Shown here piece after piece: positions 15,893 to 25,452 of a stretch of DNA of 28,982 bases. A model generated the notes under the pieces. It saw only the letters and a program-made list of their open reading frames with translations. It was not told where the DNA came from and ran no database searches. The position numbers were made by a program, and so were the translations under genes. Positions within the stretch are counted from its first letter, which is position 1. The number at the start of each line of letters is the position of its first letter. This DNA is from a virus (taxonomy: Duplodnaviria > Caudoviricetes), in the IMG/VR virus record IMGVR_UViG_3300036713_000234, positions 1-28,982 of that record; one strand, 5' to 3'.

Positions 15893-17083
15893 TTATAATT
15901 GCTGCCATGCAGACCATGTTGTTCCTGTATTTTGTGAACTTCTTATATAAATACGATTATCGGCATCTGTCGTACTAATTGTCTGACATGATTGGCATAT
16001 AGTTGTTGCGCCAAACGTAGTTACTGTTAAGATTCCAAAATCTGCCGTTGGTAGAGGAAAATTTGTATATCCTGCAAGGCATTGCTTTACTCCAGCTAAA
16101 ACATCATCGTCTAAATCTGCCTGACCACCTACAGATAAGACACCTCCAGTTAAATCACCAGTTACATCTCCTGTTACATCACCTGTTACATCTCCTGTCA
16201 CATCTCCTGTTAAATTACCTGTTACGTTCCCTGTTACGTTCCCTGTTACATCTCCTGTTAAATCACCAACAAAATCAGTCGATGTAATTGATGTAGCTCC
16301 TGTAACAACACCGCCATCAGCAGTTATTGTTCCATCTAATATAACACCAGCTCCAGCAACAGGGCTAAGAAATATAGAGTCGGAAGATGTTGAAATTGTG
16401 TTGCCATTAATATTAAGGTTATCAACAGTTAGATTAGTAAAAGTGCCCTCGCCAGCATTGTCTACCGAGGCAACTAATCCGGCTGCTCCATCATAAAAAT
16501 TAACTCCGCCTGTTCCGTCAGAATAGTTAAGAGCAACAAAATTAGCACCATCAGCATACATTTCTAATGTTGACGTACCCTTAACTCTTAGAGAGGTTAT
16601 TGTAGAGAATTCGCCTATATTCTTACTGGCATCAACAACAACAGCTTTTGAAGCAGTAACTGTTCCAGCCGTAACACCATCAAACAGGTTTCTCCTTGTG
16701 GTTATTACGTTCCACTGGGTTGTTCCAGAGGTCTGTAAGATAGCAACTTCATCTGTATTTAAAACAACAGACGTTCCAACATTAAAGGTATCACCAGCGT
16801 CTTTGTTTATTGTTACTACATTAGAACCTGTATTTATTAAACATACAATAAAGTCATTAACCGATGAATCCATTGCTGCCTGAATAGTGGCTATTGAATC
16901 TAAAGTGACAGTAACCGCGCTCGCGGAAGTAAACTCAATCGTCTTTCCATGATCTGTTTGATCTACTGTTCTTGAAGTAGTAGCATCAGCCTCATGTGTT
17001 CCATTGAGGTAATTGACGTTATTATCATATTCACCCGGTGTTATTGCGCTTCCCTTGCCTGTTCTTGATGTAATATTTGCCAT
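15893..17083 (-). CDS. tail fibre with (T)GDV/GNV repeats and C-terminal pyocin-knob-like domain
   Basis: N-terminal ITSRTGKGSAIT..EYDNN anchor; GxVT repeats; C-terminal FGILTV...Q...IYIRS...WSAW. Confidence 0.8.
   Translation of the reverse strand: MANITSRTGKGSAITPGEYDNNVNYLNGTHEADATTSRTVDQTDHGKTIEFTSASAVTVTLDSIATIQAAMDSSVNDFIVCLINTGSNVVTINKDAGDTFNVGTSVVLNTDEVAILQTSGTTQWNVITTRRNLFDGVTAGTVTASKAVVVDASKNIGEFSTITSLRVKGTSTLEMYADGANFVALNYSDGTGGVNFYDGAAGLVASVDNAGEGTFTNLTVDNLNINGNTISTSSDSIFLSPVAGAGVILDGTITADGGVVTGATSITSTDFVGDLTGDVTGNVTGNVTGNLTGDVTGDVTGDVTGDVTGDLTGGVLSVGGQADLDDDVLAGVKQCLAGYTNFPLPTADFGILTVTTFGATTICQSCQTISTTDADNRIYIRSSQNTGTTWSAWQQL
16138..16270 (-). repeat. 12-bp coding tandem repeat (GDVT/GNVT/GDLT)
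   Basis: About 11 copies of CCTGTTACATCT-like units. Confidence 0.9.
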
Positions 17084-17093
17084 TAGTTATCTC

Positions 17094-17951
17094 TTAATTA
17101 TTTACCAAGATTAAATCAAATCCAGCAGAAACATACGCATCGTCGCCATCTGGCGTTGCTTCTAGCCAAATGTCTGTTTTTTCTGTTACTTTTGAATATG
17201 GTTCAAATTTATGCGTAACAACACTTGTTCCAACAATAGCAGTCCCTATTTCATGCTTTAGTTGTGGCGCATATCCGTTTGCATTATCACGATTCCATAA
17301 TCTGAATAGAACAAAATCGGGGATAGTAGCCGGTGGGCCTGCTTCTCCTATAATAGATGCGTAGTATTTTGTAATATAAGCTGTCTTTCCAGCAGGAACA
17401 GTGTATATAGCCATTAATGTCTGGTTGTTACCTATTTGGACTATGGCTTGTTGTGTAGCAAATCCTGTTGGCCCTACCCAAATAGCTTGATCTGTTGAGG
17501 AATCATCTTTTACCTTTATTCTAAATACACGCCTTAAAGCGGTCGTTAAAACAACTTCAGTAGTTGAATCTGTACCATCCAGCGTAGCATCCTGCATAAC
17601 AAGCGCGTAATCAGTATCTAACCCTTGAACCTCAATAACCATCCCCTGAGTCGCGGCAGAGTCTACCGCTGCGCGAACATGGGTAATACTTGCTGTTGTA
17701 GGCCATGTATAAGCGGCTGCCCCATCCCATATCTCTTCAGCTACGCCATCTGCTACGGACGAACTAGCACCAAACTTATTAACTGAGGAATGTCCATTAA
17801 CATTTCCTGCGGCTACTTCAAGCATGAAGTCTTTGCTCATGTTTTCTTTAATCCATTCATATAAGTTATTAAGCCATTTCTTCCAGATAGAATCTGCATT
17901 GAAGTTATCTTTAACAAGTTCAACAATAGAAGGAGGCGGATCAAGGTTCAT
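17094..17951 (-). CDS. tail protein at the gp26/needle position
   Basis: N-terminal PPP...WKKWLNNL anchor motif directly after the gp10-like gene, then a beta-rich domain. Confidence 0.6.
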   Translation of the reverse strand: MNLDPPPSIVELVKDNFNADSIWKKWLNNLYEWIKENMSKDFMLEVAAGNVNGHSSVNKFGASSSVADGVAEEIWDGAAAYTWPTTASITHVRAAVDSAATQGMVIEVQGLDTDYALVMQDATLDGTDSTTEVVLTTALRRVFRIKVKDDSSTDQAIWVGPTGFATQQAIVQIGNNQTLMAIYTVPAGKTAYITKYYASIIGEAGPPATIPDFVLFRLWNRDNANGYAPQLKHEIGTAIVGTSVVTHKFEPYSKVTEKTDIWLEATPDGDDAYVSAGFDLILVNN

Positions 17952-19486
17952 TCCCCACCTTCAATGTCTGCACCATACGCTTCTAAAAATATCTGTTCAT
18001 TACCTGCATATTCAAGCTGTATGTTTCGTTTTAAGAATCGTCCACCCTGGTATATCTCTTTCCTCGTATCCGAAGTGTCTATTGTGTTTCCAGTGCCAAA
18101 ATTATTGCTTGATTCGTCTGAATGCTTAATTGTTAATGTCTGTGAACTCTCAGTAGACTCCATTCTTACAAATTCAAAGTTCTGGAACTTCCATCCATAA
18201 TGACCTGCATCCTGAAGTCCAAGTCTTAATTCAGATTCAATGTTATTGCCTATATCAGAAGCCGAAGCAACAAATACATCTGCTTCAAAGACCCCTGGCT
18301 CAAAGACACCATCAAATGCAAGTCTTGTGTCTACAGGAATCATCTTATCGTTTAAAGCGACTATATCCCCGTTATGGAAGATTCCCTGACCTGTTCTTGC
18401 AGCATTCGATGAATTCTCTCCACCTGTTCTTTTTGTCCACGCCATTAATGGAAAAAGAGTGTTGGAGTTAATTGTTGTGCTCCAAAAGCCCCAAAGTCCC
18501 TGATTATAGGAAAGCGTTAACGCAGGACTAATATTTCCAGAACCATTAAGGTTATAGATATTCACAATAAGAACGTCTCCGCCCTGAGAGCCGATACCGC
18601 ATAGATTAATCCTGAACCCTTCCTGTGTTCTACCCTGCGTGATAAATGAATTTAAACTATCCGTTGAGATCATTGAAATCTGGAAGTTTTCTAATTTATA
18701 AATAGCTAACGGCCCTGTGTCCGTTGAGCCTACAAAATAGATTACATCAGAGGACTCCCACACGCCTAAACCGTCTGCACACCCTATCTGATAGGAAATG
18801 TCCTGACGTCTGTTTAACGGGCTTCCAGTAGCGTTAGAAGCGTCATAAAGGAACTCAATAGACCTTGTACTAAAAGCAACGATGTTATCGTGATGCTTTC
18901 CTAAATAAACGCCTTTGTCGTTGTCTCGCTCTGCGGTGATAAAGTCTAAAGCGCCCCATGTGGCAAAGTCATCAAGATTAGAGTTGTGGATTTCTCCAGA
19001 CTCGTCCATGATAAATAAATAACCATCGAGGACAGGACAACCGGGAACAATCGTAGCGGGAATATTTGTTGTTATCTGTGCAATAGTATCTGGCGTTCCA
19101 TCGGTTACTAAAAAAAGATCATTGTTTTCAGAATCTAGTATTGCTAATGCTGGAGAGCCAACAGCTTCGCCAAAGGAAACTCTTGATGTTCCCGCAGCGA
19201 CAGTCGCACCAGCTAATGGGGTAGAATCCTGCGTATCGGCATAAATATCATTATCGTGAACAATATAAAGCGTATCGTTGTATTCCCAGTAATAAATCCC
19301 TCGCGCCCTGTTGTTTAAACCAAGGCCAGAAGCATCTTCAGTTATGTCGATAGACGGTCTTTGTGTTACTACCGTCTTTCCATTGTGAAGATGGAGAACA
19401 CAATTAGTTAATCCAGATTCATAATCAGTTATTGTTGAGCCTAAGAATGAATGAATGTCTAAATTAACTGTTAGTGGGATTTCCAT
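17948..19486 (-). CDS. tail hub / packaged DNA stabilisation protein (P22 gp10-like)
   Basis: RGIYYW, LDGYLFI, W.ALDF.TAE...D, SIEF.Y..., IGC beta-propeller motifs; synteny. Confidence 0.8.
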   Translation of the reverse strand: MEIPLTVNLDIHSFLGSTITDYESGLTNCVLHLHNGKTVVTQRPSIDITEDASGLGLNNRARGIYYWEYNDTLYIVHDNDIYADTQDSTPLAGATVAAGTSRVSFGEAVGSPALAILDSENNDLFLVTDGTPDTIAQITTNIPATIVPGCPVLDGYLFIMDESGEIHNSNLDDFATWGALDFITAERDNDKGVYLGKHHDNIVAFSTRSIEFLYDASNATGSPLNRRQDISYQIGCADGLGVWESSDVIYFVGSTDTGPLAIYKLENFQISMISTDSLNSFITQGRTQEGFRINLCGIGSQGGDVLIVNIYNLNGSGNISPALTLSYNQGLWGFWSTTINSNTLFPLMAWTKRTGGENSSNAARTGQGIFHNGDIVALNDKMIPVDTRLAFDGVFEPGVFEADVFVASASDIGNNIESELRLGLQDAGHYGWKFQNFEFVRMESTESSQTLTIKHSDESSNNFGTGNTIDTSDTRKEIYQGGRFLKRNIQLEYAGNEQIFLEAYGADIEGGE

Positions 19487-19489
19487 TAA

Positions 19490-20179
19490 TTATCCGCTAT
19501 TTATAGAGTAAGAACCGCGACCGCTTAATTCGGTCTGAGAGACATTTACCTTTACAGCATTTCCAATGATGACCTGCTTTGACTCTTCTGCCTGCATAAC
19601 CATTAACTTCGTGACTCTTTTAGCCGCACCCATCTCAGGGGCTATTTCTATTGTAAGGTTCTGTTTTAAAGCTCTTTCATAATGTTTTGGTAGAGCGTAG
19701 TCAGTTGTACCATCGGCAAACTGGGTCAGTTCCTTCATTGAAGTTAAAACCAGGGTATATTCTTCTTCTGTTGTGCAGTTAAAGTAAAAAGTACCGTTAG
19801 GATAGGTCTTTCTGTAATAATATCTGCTTGGAGTAGTTGCTATTGACTTATTGGCATATTGCGCGTAAGTTGTTGAATCCATAGAAGTTAATGGATATTC
19901 AGTACCATCTGAATCTTTAAGACTGACTTGTATAATCTCTGTTGGTCTGGAAGTTGTCTGGTCTCCCGTTGTTCCTATAGTAAAACTCTGAGTAGAGACT
20001 GGAATAGTGAGTTCTTCTAAAGTATCTTCGTAAACAAGGTCTTTAACAGCAGACCATGAACCTACTATATCATTTAAAGCCGATAATCCATCAGCATACT
20101 GATTAGTTGATGGTGTTTCGCCGGAAGGGATGACAACCAGTTTTCTTAAAGCAGACTTAATAAGATCATTAGCTATCAC
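19490..20179 (-). CDS. head-tail adaptor (P22 gp4-like)
   Basis: DLIKSALRKL.V...GETP...DGL..LN.....W...LP..YERAL..NL..EIAPE.G. Confidence 0.85.
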   Translation of the reverse strand: MIANDLIKSALRKLVVIPSGETPSTNQYADGLSALNDIVGSWSAVKDLVYEDTLEELTIPVSTQSFTIGTTGDQTTSRPTEIIQVSLKDSDGTEYPLTSMDSTTYAQYANKSIATTPSRYYYRKTYPNGTFYFNCTTEEEYTLVLTSMKELTQFADGTTDYALPKHYERALKQNLTIEIAPEMGAAKRVTKLMVMQAEESKQVIIGNAVKVNVSQTELSGRGSYSINSG

Positions 20180-20513
20180 GGTAAACCACCTCTACAGTAT
20201 CGGGTTTATCCATGAAGAAAGCTATATCGCCCTCACGGATGAATTTTAGCTTCTCTCCTTCGTGTTCTACTTCTACCCCGCAGGTATCAGAGAAGCACAC
20301 AATAGAACCTATGGGTGCATCAGGAGCGCGTCTACCTCTCTTTCGGTCTTTACCTTTACCGACAGCAAGAACCTCTCCTACTGTGTTCTGGACTTTCTTT
20401 CCAGTGGCCTGAGTGAAGGTCGTTTTAGCCATTCCCATATAAACTCCGCCTTTTGATGTATCAGAGTTTTGTATCGGCCTTACAAGAACATTATCATGTA
20501 ATGGTACAATCAT
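20169..20513 (-). CDS. groES: phage co-chaperonin GroES (Cpn10)
   Basis: PLHDNVLVRP...SKGGVYM...GEVLAVGKG...G.EV...GE....IREGDI; start reassigned to MIVP at 20513. Confidence 0.88.
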   Translation of the reverse strand: MIVPLHDNVLVRPIQNSDTSKGGVYMGMAKTTFTQATGKKVQNTVGEVLAVGKGKDRKRGRRAPDAPIGSIVCFSDTCGVEVEHEGEKLKFIREGDIAFFMDKPDTVEVVYRDS

Positions 20514-21129
20514 GCCTGTTTCCTCGGAACTCTTTGTTTCCAATATGTCCTGTTTCTGAGTCTCTTAAAACAGATATATCAAACCCCGTTTCAATCGCTC
20601 GGCGGCAAAAAGTGGTATCTTCTCCATAATATCTTCCTTGATGATTAAGAAAATCAAACAGGCTAAATGCTACGTTGCCATCATCAGTAGTATATCTCAA
20701 GCCTGTATTATACTGCTGCATTTTTTCTATAACACTTCTGCATATCACCATACACCCAGCACCTACAGAATATGCTTGCAACCAGCCATCTTTCTCACGT
20801 CCTGTTAATTCGCTTGTGTATTCAATCTTGTCGTCGCTTTTTTTTCTGTAATCTAATGCACAAATCTCATGCTTAGAATTTATTAACTTAAAAACATCGA
20901 CAACATTAAATACCATATCGGTATCAAGAAATAGTAACTTGTCAAATCCACTTGACATAAATCGCATTACAATTTCATTTCTTGCTTTTGGCAAGATACT
21001 GCAATTTGCGTGAATGTCGCACTCCACATCATAATTTGCGATATGGAGCGCTATCCTCAGTTTCAGAAGGGAGCTAACAAAACCAGCATTAGCCCCTCCA
21101 TAAAACGGTATACCGATGTATATCCTCAA
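20494..21129 (-). CDS. GT-A/family 2-like glycosyltransferase
   Basis: IGIP, ARN, LLFLDTDM (DxD), GAGCMVI.R.V, GED..FC.RA, GHIG. Confidence 0.85.
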   Translation of the reverse strand: MRIYIGIPFYGGANAGFVSSLLKLRIALHIANYDVECDIHANCSILPKARNEIVMRFMSSGFDKLLFLDTDMVFNVVDVFKLINSKHEICALDYRKKSDDKIEYTSELTGREKDGWLQAYSVGAGCMVICRSVIEKMQQYNTGLRYTTDDGNVAFSLFDFLNHQGRYYGEDTTFCRRAIETGFDISVLRDSETGHIGNKEFRGNRHDCTIT

Positions 21130-21332
21130 GAAGCAATTATACCAAGAGCAACTAATTGCGTCCTAAGGTCTGCTATCTCAAGAATTACCGTTGCAAGGTC
21201 TGTACCAACAGCAACAGCCGGAGCTGGTTGAACTACTGGCGTAGTGCCATAGAATCCAACTTTATCTGTTGCGCTTTGACCGACCATGCAACCATCGGGA
21301 CGTCCATCACTTATTTCATTATATGTAGCCAT
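21126..21332 (-). CDS. small capsid-associated/head-fibre-like protein
   Basis: Starts immediately after the coat gene; GQSATDKVGFYGTTPVVQP...LRTQLVALGII. Confidence 0.65.
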   Translation of the reverse strand: MATYNEISDGRPDGCMVGQSATDKVGFYGTTPVVQPAPAVAVGTDLATVILEIADLRTQLVALGIIAS

Positions 21333-21334
21333 GA

Positions 21335-22549
21335 TTAACCCCACACTCTACATGCTGTTTCACCACGGGCAACTACGCCCCCATACAGTATATCTATACG
21401 ACAAGGAATGTCGTCATTACCAATACGATATTGACGTACTAACCTCATAGATACACCATCCATTACTTGACGCGCCGAAAAATGTACGCCATCAGGCATT
21501 TCCAGATCAGTCGTGCCTACACACATAAAATCTTTGTGGAAGGCCAAGTTCTGTGGATATGCTGTTGATGCAGTACCGACAAATGTTACAGCGGCACCAT
21601 CTTGAGGGAATGCGTCAATATTCTGCAAACCACCTGAAGCACTTGTGTACATAGCTGGAGTTACAATCAAATCAACTTCGTTAGAAGCAGCGGTTGCATC
21701 TGCGGTCAAAGTAAACTGCTGTAATTTACCAGTAGACTGTTTTGTTTCTGGATTAACAGAATAAACAGCAGCAACGGTAAATGTATCACCAGCTTTCAGT
21801 TCTGCGGCAGCAGCAGTAAGGGCATCAACATGGATCGTAGTCGAACCTTCCGTAGATACAGTACCATCAATTAAAACAGTACCGCCGAATGCACCATTTG
21901 TGTGAGTTGGCGTACTCTGTGACATAGCAAGCTCACGATAGCCCAGCTGATTCATCGACATTACACCAGAATTGTAGTTCTCAGCAATTTTACCCTGCGG
22001 GTTAAACAAACCCTGAAGACCAGCAACTAATCCAGCATTTGCATCCGGGTTCATAACCATACAACGCTGACTTTGCGGCGTACCAAAGTAGTTCATATAC
22101 TTATGAGCATCTAACAAAGGTGCAGTTGTTGCAGGTGTAGTGCCTGGCGTACCAACAGAGTTAGCAACGCCTTTATAAGCAATAGCCATCATGTCATAGT
22201 CAAACATTGACGCTAGGACTGAAATACCAGGCTGTAGGATACGTTCTGAGAATGTATCAATATCATTCGTCAGTTCTGAGGTGGTAAAGTTTGTATCAAC
22301 ATGTCGCTGAGTGGTCTGAGTCAAGGTTACTGAGTTCTCAGCATTATCTTGAACGTCCAAAGCCGCCCCAGTTGATGTGATATATTTATTTGGCAGACGG
22401 ACTTTTACTGAACCGCCGTTTTTCTGACCACCCACAGTATTTGAATCGTCATACTGCCTGTTTACATTACGTGTAAAAACCAGGTTGTTGTGCAAGATAG
22501 TCAATGCTTCCTTTGTCACAACGGTAGGGGTGAGGTTTGAATTACTCAT
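21335..22549 (-). CDS. major capsid protein (P22 gp5 family)
   Basis: KEAL.IL.NNLVF..NVNRQYD, G.SVKVRLP, LKAGD.FT.A.V..VNPETK, NLAFHKD, CRIDILYG. Confidence 0.92.
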   Translation of the reverse strand: MSNSNLTPTVVTKEALTILHNNLVFTRNVNRQYDDSNTVGGQKNGGSVKVRLPNKYITSTGAALDVQDNAENSVTLTQTTQRHVDTNFTTSELTNDIDTFSERILQPGISVLASMFDYDMMAIAYKGVANSVGTPGTTPATTAPLLDAHKYMNYFGTPQSQRCMVMNPDANAGLVAGLQGLFNPQGKIAENYNSGVMSMNQLGYRELAMSQSTPTHTNGAFGGTVLIDGTVSTEGSTTIHVDALTAAAAELKAGDTFTVAAVYSVNPETKQSTGKLQQFTLTADATAASNEVDLIVTPAMYTSASGGLQNIDAFPQDGAAVTFVGTASTAYPQNLAFHKDFMCVGTTDLEMPDGVHFSARQVMDGVSMRLVRQYRIGNDDIPCRIDILYGGVVARGETACRVWG

Positions 22550-22561
22550 AACCTATTCTCC

Positions 22562-23392
22562 TTAATAATGCGCTGGCCGTTGAGCGTTTCGCCATTGTCG
22601 GTATTCATCTGGACTCATCTTTTCAGGGTCTTTTCCTGTCAGATTGTCCGTACCTTTAGCCACTTCAATCGGTTCGGGCGCTTTTGTTATCGAATTAGTA
22701 AATTTTTTAGCCAGTTTCTCTATTTCATGAACCTGCTGAACAGTAGTCAGGCGAGCAATCTTGTCCGCCTCTACTGGATTTTTACCAAGAAAATACGCTA
22801 CTTCAGCACCCGTATCAGATTCGATAATGGCATCAGACATCGTGGTTGTTATATTCAACCCATCTGTCCTAAATGCTACCTGATTGAAATCACTGTATTT
22901 TTCAGATGCTTCAAAACATTTATCCTTCCAGTTTTCCAGAACATCGTCTGGTATTCTTGGAGCTTGAGGGACTTGAGGGACTTGAGGACTAACCTCTTGT
23001 TTTACCTCTTGTTTTGGTGCGCCTATCTTCCAGTCAAGTAATGCGTCTTCGTATTGTTCTTCGCTTTCAAAATCAACCCTGCTTGGCCTCTTAGGAGGGG
23101 GATTGACCACTGTTTCTAATTTCGATTCCAGTGTTGCTAGTTTTTCATGTAGCTTTTGGGTATCTTCCGCTAAACGTGCTTTTTCAGCTTCCGACTCTGC
23201 AAGTTTTCGTCTAAGTCGTGCTTTTGCATTAGCAGACTTCGATTGTCCTTGCCCTTGACCTTTATCCTCTTCACTTACTTGTTCCGCATCTGCGTTAGCA
23301 CCGCTATCCGCTTCCAGCAAGCCATTTTCTTCGACCTCGGCATCAAGGGTAGTTTCTTCTTGATTGAGGACTTCTGATTGATCAGTATTCAT
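22562..23392 (-). CDS. scaffolding protein
   Basis: Acidic N-terminus, coiled coil, KYSDF, G.EVAYFLGKNP.EA..IA.L, T.AP.PI, MS.DEY..WR. Confidence 0.85.
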   Translation of the reverse strand: MNTDQSEVLNQEETTLDAEVEENGLLEADSGANADAEQVSEEDKGQGQGQSKSANAKARLRRKLAESEAEKARLAEDTQKLHEKLATLESKLETVVNPPPKRPSRVDFESEEQYEDALLDWKIGAPKQEVKQEVSPQVPQVPQAPRIPDDVLENWKDKCFEASEKYSDFNQVAFRTDGLNITTTMSDAIIESDTGAEVAYFLGKNPVEADKIARLTTVQQVHEIEKLAKKFTNSITKAPEPIEVAKGTDNLTGKDPEKMSPDEYRQWRNAQRPAHY

Positions 23393-23412
23393 ATTGTACC
23401 CTAAGTTATTGA

Positions 23413-25452
23413 TTATTGTCTAGTAGGTGGTGGCATCCCCTGTGGTTGCCCTCCCTGTTGGACTTGTGGCTGTGGTGGTTGCAACCTGCTTTCAACACTG
23501 GTATTTGCCGCCATCAGTTCGTCATTCATCCGTTGAACTATATCAATGGCTCTTGCCTTGATTTCTTCATCCGTAATTCCGTTAGCATCGAGAAGTTTCA
23601 ATAACTCAACTTCTATCTTGTCTCCATCGGCTAATATATCACCGATAGTCTTCCATCTCTTTGTCTTGGCGTTGAACTTCTCAATCTGCATTTTCTCTGA
23701 GTTTATTGCCTTACCAACGGCTTCAGCGATAATCTGCTGCATCTGCTGTTCGGTAGGTCGTTTGTCTGCAAGTCTTTCTGATATTTCTTCAGCACCAGGC
23801 CAGTCTAAGTTCTTAGCTATAATGTCTAAAATTCTATCGGCAAGCTGAGGGGCGTACTGGATAAGCTCCATCATAGACTCAGAAGCCTGCTGACGTTGTG
23901 TTGTATAGGAAGCGCCTACATCGACAACTACATCGTATTTACCTATTGAGAGGTCGTACATCTTTACGACTCGTCCGGTCTGCCTGTCTATAATGGTTTT
24001 ATTAATCTCAACCATGTCTTCCTGATCGTCGAACTTCTTGATTCTTATAATACGTTGTGAGTCGTAGACTCTTGGTATCATGTCTACCAGAATCTCATAA
24101 GAATGCTGTAGTGACATAGCTCTATTATCGTGGAAATGGTACGTACCAACGTCTCCCTCGACCTTACGGGCATTAATCGCCTTGCCAGACCTTTCGTTAG
24201 AGGGTGCGCCCAGTGAAGCCTTGTAAAGCCCACTCGCTGCGTCTATGTCCTGATCTGCTATCTGTGATTCTGAAATCCAGCCACTAGAAGGCTGCGGTGG
24301 TGCTTGACGTTGAGGTGGTGGTACGCCGACTTTGTTCTTATAAATTAACGTAGAGTAATTCTTAACATTTGCTGTTTCCCACATCTTTGCATGATTGCCA
24401 AGTTGGGACTCTTCCATTACCCACGGCGCTTTAGGTGCGAGAGCGACCTGTTCTACTGAGGCAGTACGAGTGTAATTATAAATTCTCTGTGGGTCTTTGG
24501 CGTATCGAATAACACCGCGATAATAGGTCTTTCCTTTGACATTTAGTTCTTTACCGTAACAGGGGATGATTGGAATGTATTTTGACGGAAATTCTTTTTC
24601 ATTAAAGACTTCATTAGCACTAACTTCAAACCATTCACATTTATAACAATCAACTTCTCTTGTCTTTGTCGGTTCTACGCCTTCTAAAGTAAGTTCGTCC
24701 CTTATGTCGGTTTTGGAGTCTTTGACTTTAATCGCTTTGCCATCAATCATCCAGATAATGTGTTTTTCAGGTACAAGTCTAAAGTATTCAGCTATTCTTA
24801 CCTTGTCGTTCTCATACCACAAAGTATAATCATCACCCGTACCAAAATCCCAGTTAGCCGTTGGATAGTCGTCTTTATCTACAAGACGGGTGACAAAGCC
24901 CCATTTAGCGTCCTTTTTAGTCACATCTTCAGCGGAAGGGTCTAAATAGACTCTGAAATGATTATTTATCCGCTTTATCGTTATGTCCTGGTCGAAAGTG
25001 TCATCACTGGAATACTCAGTGATAATCCGCCAGTAACCTCGTCCGTGACCTACTGCATGGTCAAAAGCCGTATCATAGGCTTGTTTAGCATTAGAGACGG
25101 CTTCAATGTTCTTTATAATCCCGCCCATGAGTTGAGCAAGATTGTAATTTCCCTGCTTACCACCAGAACCGGAGTCTAAGGGTCTTATAATTGCCCCCAT
25201 ACGGTTCATTCGCTGATCTCCTGTTACCTGATCTACCCTTTGTTCGAGTTTATTCACTGTAAGAACAGGTCGGTGATCTGTTTCTCTCTGTTTACGGTCT
25301 TCTTCGTACCACTGGTCGCCATTTCTGAAATTAATGTCGTCTAGTTCGAGTTCTCGTTGAGATGCTTCTGCCTCGAAAGCTATCTTGAAGCGTTTACGGG
25401 CTTCTTCCAAGATTTCTTCCTGTCTTTTCTGACTTACTTTCTTTTCTTTCAT
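23413..25452 (-). CDS. portal protein (P22-like)
   Basis: F..GDQW...RP.LTVNKL...G.GYWRI...GVIR.AKDPQR.YNY...SG.AI.AR...GKYDV.V.VG.SY.T.R. Confidence 0.93.
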   Translation of the reverse strand: MKEKKVSQKRQEEILEEARKRFKIAFEAEASQRELELDDINFRNGDQWYEEDRKQRETDHRPVLTVNKLEQRVDQVTGDQRMNRMGAIIRPLDSGSGGKQGNYNLAQLMGGIIKNIEAVSNAKQAYDTAFDHAVGHGRGYWRIITEYSSDDTFDQDITIKRINNHFRVYLDPSAEDVTKKDAKWGFVTRLVDKDDYPTANWDFGTGDDYTLWYENDKVRIAEYFRLVPEKHIIWMIDGKAIKVKDSKTDIRDELTLEGVEPTKTREVDCYKCEWFEVSANEVFNEKEFPSKYIPIIPCYGKELNVKGKTYYRGVIRYAKDPQRIYNYTRTASVEQVALAPKAPWVMEESQLGNHAKMWETANVKNYSTLIYKNKVGVPPPQRQAPPQPSSGWISESQIADQDIDAASGLYKASLGAPSNERSGKAINARKVEGDVGTYHFHDNRAMSLQHSYEILVDMIPRVYDSQRIIRIKKFDDQEDMVEINKTIIDRQTGRVVKMYDLSIGKYDVVVDVGASYTTQRQQASESMMELIQYAPQLADRILDIIAKNLDWPGAEEISERLADKRPTEQQMQQIIAEAVGKAINSEKMQIEKFNAKTKRWKTIGDILADGDKIEVELLKLLDANGITDEEIKARAIDIVQRMNDELMAANTSVESRLQPPQPQVQQGGQPQGMPPPTRQ

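Noticed and set aside
15893-16100. DGR variable region in the fibre tip
   Set aside because: No reverse transcriptase and no template repeat noticed in the window.
16048-16287. His/Leu-repeat plus-strand ORF
   Set aside because: Shadow of the GDVT fibre repeat.
22960-23015. PQV and KQEV short repeats in the scaffold gene
   Set aside because: Ordinary low-complexity linker.
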